Shown here: positions 36,970-45,653 of the stretch, in pieces
Layout of the letters: each line of letters begins with the position of its first letter
How positions within the stretch are numbered: position 1 is the stretch's first letter
Source of the DNA: Candidatus Nomurabacteria bacterium
GTDB taxonomy: Bacteria; Patescibacteriota; Saccharimonadia; Saccharimonadales; HK-STAS-PATE-42
Length of the DNA stretch: 64,000 bases
NCBI GenBank assembly: GCA_023898665.1
Contig: CP060233.1
Coordinates: 18,801-82,800 of the forward strand
Reading direction: 5' to 3'
Notes under the pieces: model-generated
Told to the model about the DNA's origin: nothing
What the model saw: the letters and a program-made list of their open reading frames with translations, nothing else
The model's database searches: none
Program-made: the position numbers and the translations under genes

Positions 36970-38271
36970 CTACACAAACTCACTATTTTTATTTTTCTTA
37001 AAAAGGGCTAAAATATCCCACCTGTACTCCCATAGGCCGTAGCCAAAAAGTAGAATTCCGGCTCCCCAAATTATATAGGGCTGAAGTTTTGTTGTCCCAG
37101 TATCGTCTGTATAGGTAAATGCAGTTGAGCTTGGATCTTTTTTATCAGAAGCTGGCTTTTTACTGACTGAAGTTTTTTTAGTGGAAGCTTTTTTAGTACT
37201 GGTTTTCTTATCCTTAGTAGCTTTAGCGGCTGGTTTAGCCGTTACTTTTGAAGCAGTCTTGGAGATACTGCTTAAGCTTAAATGAACATTTGCCGAAGAC
37301 GGTGTTGGTGACTCCGTCCACTCCCAAATGTTATTAAAGTATTGCCAGCTCTGGGCAGGGTTAGACTGATCATATGGCTCAGTCTGAGAGACTACTTCTT
37401 CATTTGGATTTAAGAGACGGGCTTGAGATGAAGAATTCGAAAGTGTGAGATTGGAGTCTTTTCTGCTAATTGCATAGTATTCGTTTGGTTGAAGTGTGAT
37501 ATCTCCAATCACGTACGAGTAGGTGAAGTTCATACCGGTTTGTAGTTTATAGCCCATTAAATTAACAGCCTCAGAATTTGGATTATATAATTCGATATAC
37601 TCATCATTTTCATCACTTTGAGGTGATACTGGGTCGGGGAAAAGTTCTGTTATTTCGATTTTAGAGTAAACTGGGGGCGGCGGCGCTCCAGGATCTTCAA
37701 TAGTCCCTGGGGCTTCAGGGTCTTCAGCAATGTCTTCTGGCTTACCACAATAATTTACTACTTCATCGATTGAGAAGGGATCTTGATCATCTATAAGATC
37801 TGGTGAAGGTGAATTTGAAACATAAAAATCCTCCCCAGATTTTCCAGAATCTACCAGAACTCCATCGCCACTTGGGAACCTCTTTAGACTTTGACCATCA
37901 GTATGTTTAGGTGCTATCAAGCAGGTTGTTGGGTCTGAAGTCCCCCAAGTTATCTTATCTCCTAATGTCTCGTCTAAGCTTAAGGGTACAAATCTAACAG
38001 AGCCTCCGGAATCTGCAAGCCCACTTGTAAAGTTTGCCATTATATTAGAATCGGCTGGACTATAGCCATAGGCTGTAAAAAGGGCTCTATTTCCGGGTTC
38101 TATAAGCTTAATTAGTGGATCTGTGAAAGTTAGAACTTTAGTAGACCAGTTAGTCGAGCTAGCCCCATGATACTGCAAAACCCATTGACTTAAGTCTAGG
38201 ACACTGTCTGATGTATTCTCAATCTCTATGAACTCGCTACTGCCCTGACCAGTTTGGAGCTCTGTTATCAA
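36970..38271 (-). CDS. Cell-surface protein with two lamin-tail (LTD) domains and a C-terminal TM anchor; the N-terminus appears displaced into another frame
   Basis: 433 aa from a TTG. LTD signatures ITELQTGQGSSEFIEIENTSDSVLDLSQW and ITELFPDP...NDEYIELYNPNSEAVNLMGYKL. Lys/Thr/Ser-rich stalk. C-terminal helix IIWGAGILLFGYGLW. There is no signal peptide in this frame. Confidence 0.7.
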   Translation of the reverse strand: MITELQTGQGSSEFIEIENTSDSVLDLSQWVLQYHGASSTNWSTKVLTFTDPLIKLIEPGNRALFTAYGYSPADSNIMANFTSGLADSGGSVRFVPLSLDETLGDKITWGTSDPTTCLIAPKHTDGQSLKRFPSGDGVLVDSGKSGEDFYVSNSPSPDLIDDQDPFSIDEVVNYCGKPEDIAEDPEAPGTIEDPGAPPPPVYSKIEITELFPDPVSPQSDENDEYIELYNPNSEAVNLMGYKLQTGMNFTYSYVIGDITLQPNEYYAISRKDSNLTLSNSSSQARLLNPNEEVVSQTEPYDQSNPAQSWQYFNNIWEWTESPTPSSANVHLSLSSISKTASKVTAKPAAKATKDKKTSTKKASTKKTSVSKKPASDKKDPSSTAFTYTDDTGTTKLQPYIIWGAGILLFGYGLWEYRWDILALFKKNKNSEFV

Positions 38272-38452
38272 GATTAAAAGAAGTAGGTGAAGCTCCTACA
38301 GAGATAGGATAGATTAAATTTAATAACAAATTGAAGAGAACAAAAAGAGAATCTTTTAAAGAGTCTATTCGGCATATCGGGAAACCTTTTCTGGAAATTA
38401 ACGGAGAAAACTTGCCTAACTTAAACTTAAGCTTTTTAAGCAATAAAATCAA
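38237..38452 (-). other. Probable N-terminal (signal peptide) fragment of the LTD protein gene, separated by a 1-nt frame change
   Basis: The 71-aa ORF ends ...SLFVLFNLLLNLIYPISVGASPTSF and overlaps the start of 36970..38271 by 35 nt. The downstream frame already reads LLLLILITELQTG just after its upstream stop. Confidence 0.4.
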
Positions 38453-38490
38453 CCATTGACCTGATCATAATTATATGATTTAATTAAGAT

Positions 38491-38583
38491 ATGCCACTAT
38501 TTATGAAAACCACAGCGCTTATTGCCTCATCAGAGGTTTATATCAATATGCCTGTACAAATCTGCCTAGTGAGCTCTGTATAA
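38491..38583 (+). CDS. Possible 30-aa small ORF / leader peptide (MPLFMKTTALIASSEVYINMPVQICLVSSV)
   Basis: An ATG-to-TAA ORF, too short for the track, followed 23 nt later by a strong terminator hairpin and then the MFS transporter gene. No clear RBS or promoter. Confidence 0.2.
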   Translation: MPLFMKTTALIASSEVYINMPVQICLVSSV

Positions 38584-38606
38584 GATAAAAAAGAAATTAT
38601 AACCTT

Positions 38607-38638
38607 ACACCTCACAACATATGAGGTGTTTTTTATTT
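38607..38638 (+). terminator. Rho-independent terminator or attenuator hairpin upstream of the MFS gene
   Basis: ACACCTCA-caacata-TGAGGTGT forms a perfect 8-bp stem and is followed by TTTTTATTT. Confidence 0.6.
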
Positions 38639-38668
38639 AACAAAGAAACTACAATAAGCTTAAGTGTT

Positions 38669-39835
38669 ATGGAATACAAAAAAAGAATAAAGAGTCTACG
38701 AGCTATTCGAATATTAAAGATCGAATCGGCTTTGACATCATTTACACTATTCATGCCTGTTATGTGGCTTATCTTCAGCGACATTGGCTTAACTCAGTAT
38801 CAAATTGGTCTTACTCAAGCCATATTCGCTGCAACTATGCTTATATTAGAGGTCCCTACTGGATATTTCGCAGACAGAGTTAGTAAAAAAGTGAGTAATG
38901 CAGGTGGAGACTTTTTCATGACAATAGGGATGGCTGGTTACTTCTTTGCTAACAGCTTTTGGGCCGTTGTGGCATGTGAAGTTATGTTAGGTATTGGGTT
39001 GAGCCTTAGCGGTGGTGCAGATTCTGCGCTCTTAAGGGCACACTCTAAAAATGCTAAGCTAGATTACAAGACTCTTGCTGCTAGGTTTGGAACTATAGGT
39101 TTTGCTTCTTCGGGAATTGGAGCGATACTTGGTGGTGTACTTGGTGCCTGGAACCTGAGATCTGTCTTCTTGGTACAAGCAGTTCTGTTTCTGGTAGCTG
39201 GGATATTCGCTATAACTATTGAAAATGCCGGTAAGAATAGAGTATCTGAGCACAACCCTCTTAAGGATGTCTGGCTAATTACTAAATACTGCCTTCATGG
39301 GCACAAGGAGCTTGCATGGAGAATATTCCTGAGTTCATGCTTGATGTTGTCGACGATGTTTATAGTCTGGTTTTTAACACCCATGTTTTTAGAAGCTAAG
39401 ATTGATTTAAAGTATCACGGAATACTATTCGCTGCAATCTCTGTTGTTGCAGTCTGTGGTTCGGAGCTTGTAGAGAGAGGGGTCAAGTTTAGCATATTAA
39501 TTCCATTCCTTTTGTGCGCATTTGCGTATGCAATTTTAAGTGTTAGTATCTCATTTGCAACAATACTGTTCTTTTTATTAACTAGTTTCTCAAGGGGGCT
39601 TAATTCTGCCAAAATATCACCGGCAATTCAAGAAAGTGCTGATGAAGACATCCAGGCTACGGCAATATCTGTCTATAGGATGGTATATAAGCTCATGGTT
39701 GTGACCCTACTCCCGCTTGTTAACTATTTTGGTGGAATAAGACTTCAGTATGGTTTATTAGCAAGCTCTATAATTTGTTTATCATTTTTTATATTCTTTA
39801 AACTTAATGAGGATAAATTGGGGCAACCACTGTAA
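38669..39835 (+). CDS. MFS transporter
   Basis: About 12 TM helices and an MFS-type loop motif (GYFADRVSKK). The track ORF starts at 38621, inside the terminator hairpin, so the in-frame ATG at 38669 (MEYKKRIKSL) is preferred. Confidence 0.75.
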   Translation: MEYKKRIKSLRAIRILKIESALTSFTLFMPVMWLIFSDIGLTQYQIGLTQAIFAATMLILEVPTGYFADRVSKKVSNAGGDFFMTIGMAGYFFANSFWAVVACEVMLGIGLSLSGGADSALLRAHSKNAKLDYKTLAARFGTIGFASSGIGAILGGVLGAWNLRSVFLVQAVLFLVAGIFAITIENAGKNRVSEHNPLKDVWLITKYCLHGHKELAWRIFLSSCLMLSTMFIVWFLTPMFLEAKIDLKYHGILFAAISVVAVCGSELVERGVKFSILIPFLLCAFAYAILSVSISFATILFFLLTSFSRGLNSAKISPAIQESADEDIQATAISVYRMVYKLMVVTLLPLVNYFGGIRLQYGLLASSIICLSFFIFFKLNEDKLGQPL

Positions 39836-39966
39836 ATAATGCTATAATAAAAAGCTATGTTGAAGAGTATTGTAAAGACTCGTTACCTCCTGCTGGCTTA
39901 AGTTTAGTCAGATTGTTTTCTGGCATCCTCAAAAATTAAATAAATTAAGTTTAAAGATAACAGAAA

Positions 39967-42861
39967 ATGAAGAAATATATACCGAAAGAAATAGAGCCAA
40001 AATGGCAGGACTGGTGGAAAGAGAATAAAACCTACACCGTTGATCTGAACAGTAAAAAGCCAAAATACATGGCTAGTGGCATGTTTAACTATCCGAGTGG
40101 TAGCGGGATCCATGTTGGTCATGCTTACACGTTTACCATACCTGATGTACTAGCTAGATTTAAAAGACAGCAAGGTTACGAAAGTCTAAACCCGGTAGGT
40201 TGGGATTCTTTTGGGCTTCCAGCCGAAAACTATGCAATTAAGATTGGTGTCTCACCTCAAGTCAGTATTCCTCAATGTATTGCTTACTACCAAAAACAAT
40301 ATACTGCGATGGGTTGGGGTGTTGACTGGGATAAAGAAATTGATTCATCTCAACCAATTTACTACAAATGGACCCAATGGATCTTTAGTGAGCTTTACAG
40401 AAACGGCTTAGTCTACCAAGACGTTAGAATGCAGTGGTGGTGTGATCAATGTCAAACTGTACTTGCTAATGAGCAAGTAGATCATAACGGAAAGTGTTGG
40501 AGGCATGATAAAGCCGACGACCCAGAGATTGAGAAAAAAGAAGTTAAACAGTGGTTCTTCAAAATAACAGAATATGCAGATGAATTACTTGAGGCAACTG
40601 ACGATCTAAATTGGACTAATGGAGTGAAGCTAGCCCAAAAGAACTGGATCGGTCGCAGCGTTGGTGCAGAAGTTAAATTCGGAGTCAAAGGTTCTTCCAA
40701 AGACATAACCGTATTCACTACTCGTCCAGATACTCTTTTTGGCGCAACTTTCATGGTGCTTGCTCCAGAACATGAACTTGCAAAAGAAATGGCTACCGAT
40801 GAATACAAAGAAGACGTAGAAGCATATATAAAACAAAGCTTAAGAAAGACCGAAGTAGAAAGACAGGCTTCAAAAGATAAGACTGGTGTATTTACCGGTG
40901 CTTATGCAATTAATCCTGTTAACAATGAGGAGATACCAATCTGGATTGCTGATTACGTATTAGGTGGCTATGGAACTGGCGCTATTATGTGCGTTCCTGC
41001 GCATGATGAAAGAGATAACGAGTTTGCAAAGAAGTTTAATCTTCCAATCGAACAAGTTGTGGCTACTACTTTTGTTGATAACACTAATCCACATATAAAA
41101 AATAGAGAAGTTGTCTCAAGGAATGTAGCAACTTGTATTGTGAAACATCCAACAGAAGAAAAATACCTAATAGCTAAGCCTGTAGGTGGAGCTAATTGGT
41201 CTCCAATTATGGGAGGGATTGATGATGAAGAGAATCCTATTGAAGCTGCTAAGAGAGAGCTAGTCGAAGAAACTGGCTATATTGATATAGACACCATAGA
41301 ACAATGTGGGGAGATATTCGCATCCGAATTCTTTGCTAAACACAAAGATGTAAATAGAATCGCCTACTGCTACCCCATACTTATTAAGCTTAAGTCTTTA
41401 GACCAAGATTTGAAGTCTGCGGTTGATGCTGAAGAACAAGAGGTTGAATGGGTTAGTCGTGATGAGTATATAAAACGGAGTTCATCGGGGGGTATGGTTG
41501 AGGTCTTAGAAATGTCTGAAGGAAGAATCATGGAAATGCCGAAAGAAGGCAGATTGATAAATTCTGGAGAGTTTAGTGGACTTACTACATCTGAGGCGCG
41601 GGAGAAGATTGTGGCTGATCTTGCTAAAAAAGGTGTTGCTGAAGAGAAGGTTAACTACAAGATGCGTGACTGGAGTGCCACTAGACAAAGATACTGGGGA
41701 GCTCCTACGCCAATTATCTACTGTCCAAGTTGTGGGCCAGTACTAGTGCCTGATAAGGATTTGCCAGTTGTATTACCAGAGCTTGATGATTTTAAGCCTA
41801 GCGGGGATGGCAGGAGCGCTCTTGCTCGGGCGACAGATTGGCTTAAGGTTAAGTGTCCTGAATGTGGTGAGGAAGCAGAAAGAGAGACTGATACTCTTGA
41901 TACTTTTATTGATAGTAGTTGGTATTTATACCGTTATCTTGACCATCAGAACGAGAATAAGATTTTTGAAAGTGCTCCGGCAAATAAATGGATGCCAATA
42001 GATTTTTATGATGGTGCTGACCATGCCACCGCTCACCTTCTTTACGCAAGATTCGTTGCTAGATTCTTTACTAAGATTGGTTTAGTAGATAATCCTGAGC
42101 CAATCAATCAAATGCTTTATCATGGGAAGATCCTAGCTGCGGATGGTACAAACTTTTCTAAATCTGCTGGTAATGGTGTTGATCCGTTAGAGGTTATTGA
42201 GAGTGGCTATGGGGCTGATGCTCTTAGAACATATTTGATGTTTGCCGCTCCTCCAGGTGAAGATATCCGCTGGAACCCACAAGGAGTGCCGGGAACTTTC
42301 AGATTCTTAACTAGGGTCTGGAACTTAGTTCAAGAATATGTAGATACTGATGATACTGAAGTTGAAGACAAAACCGTTAAAGAGATTAAGATCGCAAATA
42401 GTCAGATGGTCCGTAAGGTAACAAAAGATATTGAGAATGATCAAACTAATACTGCAATTGCCGCCATGATGGAGTATTTAAATACTTTGAATAGGGCTAA
42501 ATCAGGAGGTTTCGGAAAATCTGGAGTTTGGCAAGTTGCATTAGAATCTTTAGTTGCATGTTTAGCACCTTTTGCACCTCATGTTACAGAGGAGTTATGG
42601 CAAGATCTCGGTCATAGTACTTCGGTACATATTGATACTTGGCCGAAATGGGATGATGAATACTTAGTGGCTGATACTATCACAATTGCTGTACAGGTTA
42701 ATGGAAAAGTCAGAGCAGAAATTGAAGTTACTAAAGACGCTACTCAAGAAGAGGTCTTAAGCTTAGCAAAATCAAACGAAAAAGTTGCCGCTCATATAAA
42801 CGGCAAAGAGATCAAAAAAGAAATTTACGTACCAGGAAGACTAGTTAGTTTAGTGATTTAA
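39967..42861 (+). CDS. leuS: Leucyl-tRNA synthetase carrying an internal Nudix-domain insertion
   Basis: 964 aa. HIGH = HVGH (GIHVGHAYTF). CP1 editing domain (TTRPDTLFGATF ... GTGAIMCVPAHDERD). RDWSATRQRYWGAPTP block. KMSKS-like NFSKS. About 160 extra residues (nt 41065..41547) contain a perfect Nudix box. Confidence 0.95.
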   Translation: MKKYIPKEIEPKWQDWWKENKTYTVDLNSKKPKYMASGMFNYPSGSGIHVGHAYTFTIPDVLARFKRQQGYESLNPVGWDSFGLPAENYAIKIGVSPQVSIPQCIAYYQKQYTAMGWGVDWDKEIDSSQPIYYKWTQWIFSELYRNGLVYQDVRMQWWCDQCQTVLANEQVDHNGKCWRHDKADDPEIEKKEVKQWFFKITEYADELLEATDDLNWTNGVKLAQKNWIGRSVGAEVKFGVKGSSKDITVFTTRPDTLFGATFMVLAPEHELAKEMATDEYKEDVEAYIKQSLRKTEVERQASKDKTGVFTGAYAINPVNNEEIPIWIADYVLGGYGTGAIMCVPAHDERDNEFAKKFNLPIEQVVATTFVDNTNPHIKNREVVSRNVATCIVKHPTEEKYLIAKPVGGANWSPIMGGIDDEENPIEAAKRELVEETGYIDIDTIEQCGEIFASEFFAKHKDVNRIAYCYPILIKLKSLDQDLKSAVDAEEQEVEWVSRDEYIKRSSSGGMVEVLEMSEGRIMEMPKEGRLINSGEFSGLTTSEAREKIVADLAKKGVAEEKVNYKMRDWSATRQRYWGAPTPIIYCPSCGPVLVPDKDLPVVLPELDDFKPSGDGRSALARATDWLKVKCPECGEEAERETDTLDTFIDSSWYLYRYLDHQNENKIFESAPANKWMPIDFYDGADHATAHLLYARFVARFFTKIGLVDNPEPINQMLYHGKILAADGTNFSKSAGNGVDPLEVIESGYGADALRTYLMFAAPPGEDIRWNPQGVPGTFRFLTRVWNLVQEYVDTDDTEVEDKTVKEIKIANSQMVRKVTKDIENDQTNTAIAAMMEYLNTLNRAKSGGFGKSGVWQVALESLVACLAPFAPHVTEELWQDLGHSTSVHIDTWPKWDDEYLVADTITIAVQVNGKVRAEIEVTKDATQEEVLSLAKSNEKVAAHINGKEIKKEIYVPGRLVSLVI

Positions 42862-43148
42862 GCACCTTCTTGGGTAGTATCTATAAACCTTACATTACTA
42901 TAAAAGTCTGCATCTACAAATGGCTTAACGTGACTAATTTGCTCGAAGGGTGGTTTTTGCTCTCGAACCGCCTCAAATCTGTGTTGGGCATCGACTACTC
43001 CATCTTTTTTTGCACTTCTTGGGACTTTAATGGTAAGAATTGGGCCACTTGACACTCTACCTAAAGCGCTTATTGCTGAGTGATTAGCACGCATAGTTTT
43101 GAGGTCATGAGACTCACCGCCAAAACGCTTTGTAAAAAATGATGCCAT
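42858..43148 (-). CDS. Hypothetical protein
   Basis: 96-aa ORF filling the gap after leuS, with a 4-nt convergent overlap. No recognisable domain. Confidence 0.45.
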   Translation of the reverse strand: MASFFTKRFGGESHDLKTMRANHSAISALGRVSSGPILTIKVPRSAKKDGVVDAQHRFEAVREQKPPFEQISHVKPFVDADFYSNVRFIDTTQEGA

Positions 43149-43186
43149 AAACTGATATTTATAACTTAAGTATAAAAAGTAAAGAT

Positions 43187-43474
43187 TTATTCTGACTCGT
43201 TACCGCTTGTAGGGACACCACTTGGATTTGCCTTATCAGGGTTATAACCTTCTGGTTTAGTTTGGTCACCAGCTTTATCAATTTGCTCTTGAGTAGGACC
43301 AGAATTGATTCTATCAATTCCATAGTTAACACCCACAGCCAGGCCTATTACTACAGCAGCCCCAGCTATCGCAAGTTTAGCCGGGTTAACTCTAATTGGC
43401 TCAAACTCCATTGTCACCTCACCTGGTCTAGGTGTTGGGCGTGGTCCACGATTAGTTCTTGTATCTTGTCTCAT
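43187..43474 (-). CDS. Hypothetical single-pass membrane protein
   Basis: 95 aa. Basic N-terminus, TM helix LAIAGAAVVIGLAVGV, Pro/Gly-rich C-terminus. Confidence 0.5.
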   Translation of the reverse strand: MRQDTRTNRGPRPTPRPGEVTMEFEPIRVNPAKLAIAGAAVVIGLAVGVNYGIDRINSGPTQEQIDKAGDQTKPEGYNPDKANPSGVPTSGNESE

Positions 43475-43597
43475 AGTGTTATTACTTAATGTTTATTGTT
43501 TTTGTTTTGTCTAAACTTTTTTGTTTATGTTTAGTATCATAGCAAAGCATAGGCACAATGTCAAGTATTTAGACACAGATTAGTACATTTCTTGTGG

Positions 43598-43606
43598 TGG
43601 TATAAT
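43598..43606 (+). promoter_or_regulatory. Extended -10 box TGgTATAAT, 10 nt from the ATG of the VKOR gene
   Basis: gtggTGgTATAATagatcttaagATG. Confidence 0.5.
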
Positions 43607-43616
43607 AGATCTTAAG

Positions 43617-44366
43617 ATGAAAGTATTTAATAAAGAAGTAAATTTAGAAGCTGTCGCAGCTATTATTCCCCTATTGTTTACTTTTTTAACAGTTTTTCAT
43701 ACTAGAGAATCTGTTAAGGTTTTTTACGCTTTGGCATTAAATCTAGTGATTTTAGAATTCTTCTTAATTAGAAAAATTGCTGGTAAAAATTTTAAAAAAG
43801 CTTACCCATATATTTTAATCGTCTGTGGATCTATTGGTCTAGCAGCTGCAGGGATTTTGACAATTGAGAAGATAGCTCTTTTAAAAGATCCTGCCAGAAT
43901 AACAAGCTGCTCTTTGAGCCCAATAGTTGCATGTTCTCCAGTAATTAACAGCCCAGAAGCTAGTATTTTCACGATTCCTAATCCGGCATTTGGCATCTTA
44001 GGTTTTGGACTGGTTATTGCTGCTGGAATGGCTTTATTAGCTGGGGCTAATAGTTTGAAGAAGTGGTGGTGGCAAACATTCTTGTCAGGAACTCTCGTCG
44101 GGACAATATTTTGTGGATGGTTAATTTATGAGACTTTATATGAGATTGGATCAATCTGTCTTTACTGCTCAGGGGCTTGGGTCGTAACCATTGCCAGTTT
44201 TGTGACTACATTAAAATACGCGTCTAAAGAGAATGCGATAAAGCTTCCTACTAAGTTAAGGAATATGGTGGAAAAATACACACTAGAAATTATGGTCTCT
44301 ATATATGCTCTAATTCTCATCTTAATCCTTCAAAGGTTCTGGAGCTACTGGGTTTCTTTAATTTAA
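43617..44366 (+). CDS. Vitamin K epoxide reductase (VKOR) family membrane protein
   Basis: 249 aa, multi-TM. Loop cysteine pair CSLSPIVAC and active-site CxxC within a TM helix (ICLYCSGAW). Confidence 0.8.
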   Translation: MKVFNKEVNLEAVAAIIPLLFTFLTVFHTRESVKVFYALALNLVILEFFLIRKIAGKNFKKAYPYILIVCGSIGLAAAGILTIEKIALLKDPARITSCSLSPIVACSPVINSPEASIFTIPNPAFGILGFGLVIAAGMALLAGANSLKKWWWQTFLSGTLVGTIFCGWLIYETLYEIGSICLYCSGAWVVTIASFVTTLKYASKENAIKLPTKLRNMVEKYTLEIMVSIYALILILILQRFWSYWVSLI

Positions 44367-44395
44367 TTTAATTTTAAAAATAATTATAAAGAAGC

Positions 44396-44422
44396 ATTGG
44401 CACTCAAGACTTGGGAGTGCTA
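44396..44422. promoter_or_regulatory. CIRCE element (HrcA operator) upstream of dnaJ
   Basis: TTGGCACTC-aagacttgg-GAGTGCTAA has 1 mismatch to TTAGCACTC-N9-GAGTGCTAA. It overlaps the TGcTAAAAT -10 box (44417..44425). Confidence 0.75.
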
Positions 44423-44473
44423 AAATACTACTTGATATGTTAAAATCAAAAAATAGATTTTACAGATAAAAGT

Positions 44474-45592
44474 ATGGCTGAAAAAAGAGATTATTACGAA
44501 GTTTTAGGTGTTGGTAAAAACGCCTCTGCTGATGAGGTAAAAAAAGCTTTTAGAAAGCTAGCTGTTAAGTATCACCCTGATAAAGAAGGAGGAGATGAAA
44601 CTAAGTTTAAAGAAGCAGCTGAAGCTTATGAGGTACTGAGTAATACAGAGAAAAAGCAAAGGTATGATCAATTTGGACACGCTGGAGTTGGTGGAGCTAG
44701 CAGTTCGGGTGGAGGAGCAGGTTTTGGAGGCTTTGACTTTAGCGGAGCTGGAGGAGGATTTAGTTTCGATATCTCCGACCTTGGACTTGATGATATCTTA
44801 GGCAACTTCTTTGGCGGAGCTTTTGGAGGTGGCGGTGGGAGTAGACGAAAATCTCGAGGAGCAGACCTGCAGACGCTAATAACTCTAACTTTTGAAGAGG
44901 CTGTTTTTGGTACAGAGAAGAAGATGGATGTGACTACCGAACTTACCTGTGAACACTGTAAAGGCACAAAAAGTGAGCCAGGACATAAGCTAAAAAGTTG
45001 TCCAACTTGTGACGGCAAAGGTAGTCAAACTAAAACCTTTAGTACCCCATTTGGTCAGATTAACCAAGAAGAAGTTTGCCATACTTGTGGCGGTGAGGGT
45101 AAGATCCCGGATGTACCTTGTACGGTCTGTAACGGCAAGGGTAGAACTAAACAAACTGAAGAAGTTAAAGTGGTTATACCTCAAGGTGTTGATGACGGAG
45201 CTGCACTTAGAATATCCGGCAAAGGAGCTATGGGCGACGATGGTTCTCGTGGGGATTTATATGTCGAAATTAGAGTTAAGCCTCATAAAAAGTTTACCCG
45301 TGAGGGAAACTTAATTCTTTCTTCTGAAGAGATATCAATGGTTGATGCTGCTCTAGGTATAGAGATCGATGTTGAAACTGTTGATGGCAAAATTAAGATG
45401 AGAGTTCCGGCTGGTACACAAAGCGGGAATGACTTTAAACTTAGCGGACGAGGAGTGCCGTATGTTAGAGGCTCTGGTCGAGGAGATCATATTGTTACAA
45501 TTCGAGTTAAAACTCCAACTAACTTAAGTAAACACCAAAAAGAACTGCTCGAAGAATTCAAATCAGCAAAAAAACGAGGCTTATTTAGATAA
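44474..45592 (+). CDS. dnaJ: Molecular chaperone DnaJ
   Basis: 372 aa. J domain with HPD (KYHPDKEGG), a G/F-rich region, and four CxxCxGxG repeats ([32 protein letters not shown]). Confidence 0.97.
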   Translation: MAEKRDYYEVLGVGKNASADEVKKAFRKLAVKYHPDKEGGDETKFKEAAEAYEVLSNTEKKQRYDQFGHAGVGGASSSGGGAGFGGFDFSGAGGGFSFDISDLGLDDILGNFFGGAFGGGGGSRRKSRGADLQTLITLTFEEAVFGTEKKMDVTTELTCEHCKGTKSEPGHKLKSCPTCDGKGSQTKTFSTPFGQINQEEVCHTCGGEGKIPDVPCTVCNGKGRTKQTEEVKVVIPQGVDDGAALRISGKGAMGDDGSRGDLYVEIRVKPHKKFTREGNLILSSEEISMVDAALGIEIDVETVDGKIKMRVPAGTQSGNDFKLSGRGVPYVRGSGRGDHIVTIRVKTPTNLSKHQKELLEEFKSAKKRGLFR

Positions 45593-45653
45593 GGCTTAAG
45601 TTTTTTATTTTAAAGTCTTAAAGGTATAATCCTCTACCAATGGAGATAAATGG

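Noticed and set aside
38621-38668. Track start codon of the MFS ORF at 38621 (MRCFLFNKETTISLSV...)
   Set aside because: These codons lie within and just after the terminator hairpin/U-tract (38607..38638). The in-frame ATG at 38669 gives a normal MFS N-terminus.
39849-39966. Possible T-box or other riboswitch in the approximately 118-nt leuS leader downstream of the TGcTATAAT box at 39840..39848
   Set aside because: I could not find a T-box consensus (AGAGA / specifier loop / conserved 14-mer), a terminator/antiterminator pair, or any convincing stem. The leader is also shorter than typical T-boxes.
39904-40122. 72-aa minus-strand ORF across the leuS start, and other short ORFs within leuS (40211..40411, 40482..40808, 41768..42001)
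   Set aside because: They overlap the strongly supported LeuRS frame and have hydrophobic, low-complexity shadow-ORF composition.
44668-45018. 116-aa Pro-rich minus-strand ORF ([11 protein letters not shown]...), and the 101-aa plus-strand ORF 45009..45314, inside dnaJ
   Set aside because: The Pro-rich ORF is the reverse-complement reading of the Gly-rich (GGx) G/F region of dnaJ. The other is an alternate frame of the zinc-finger region. dnaJ is unambiguous.
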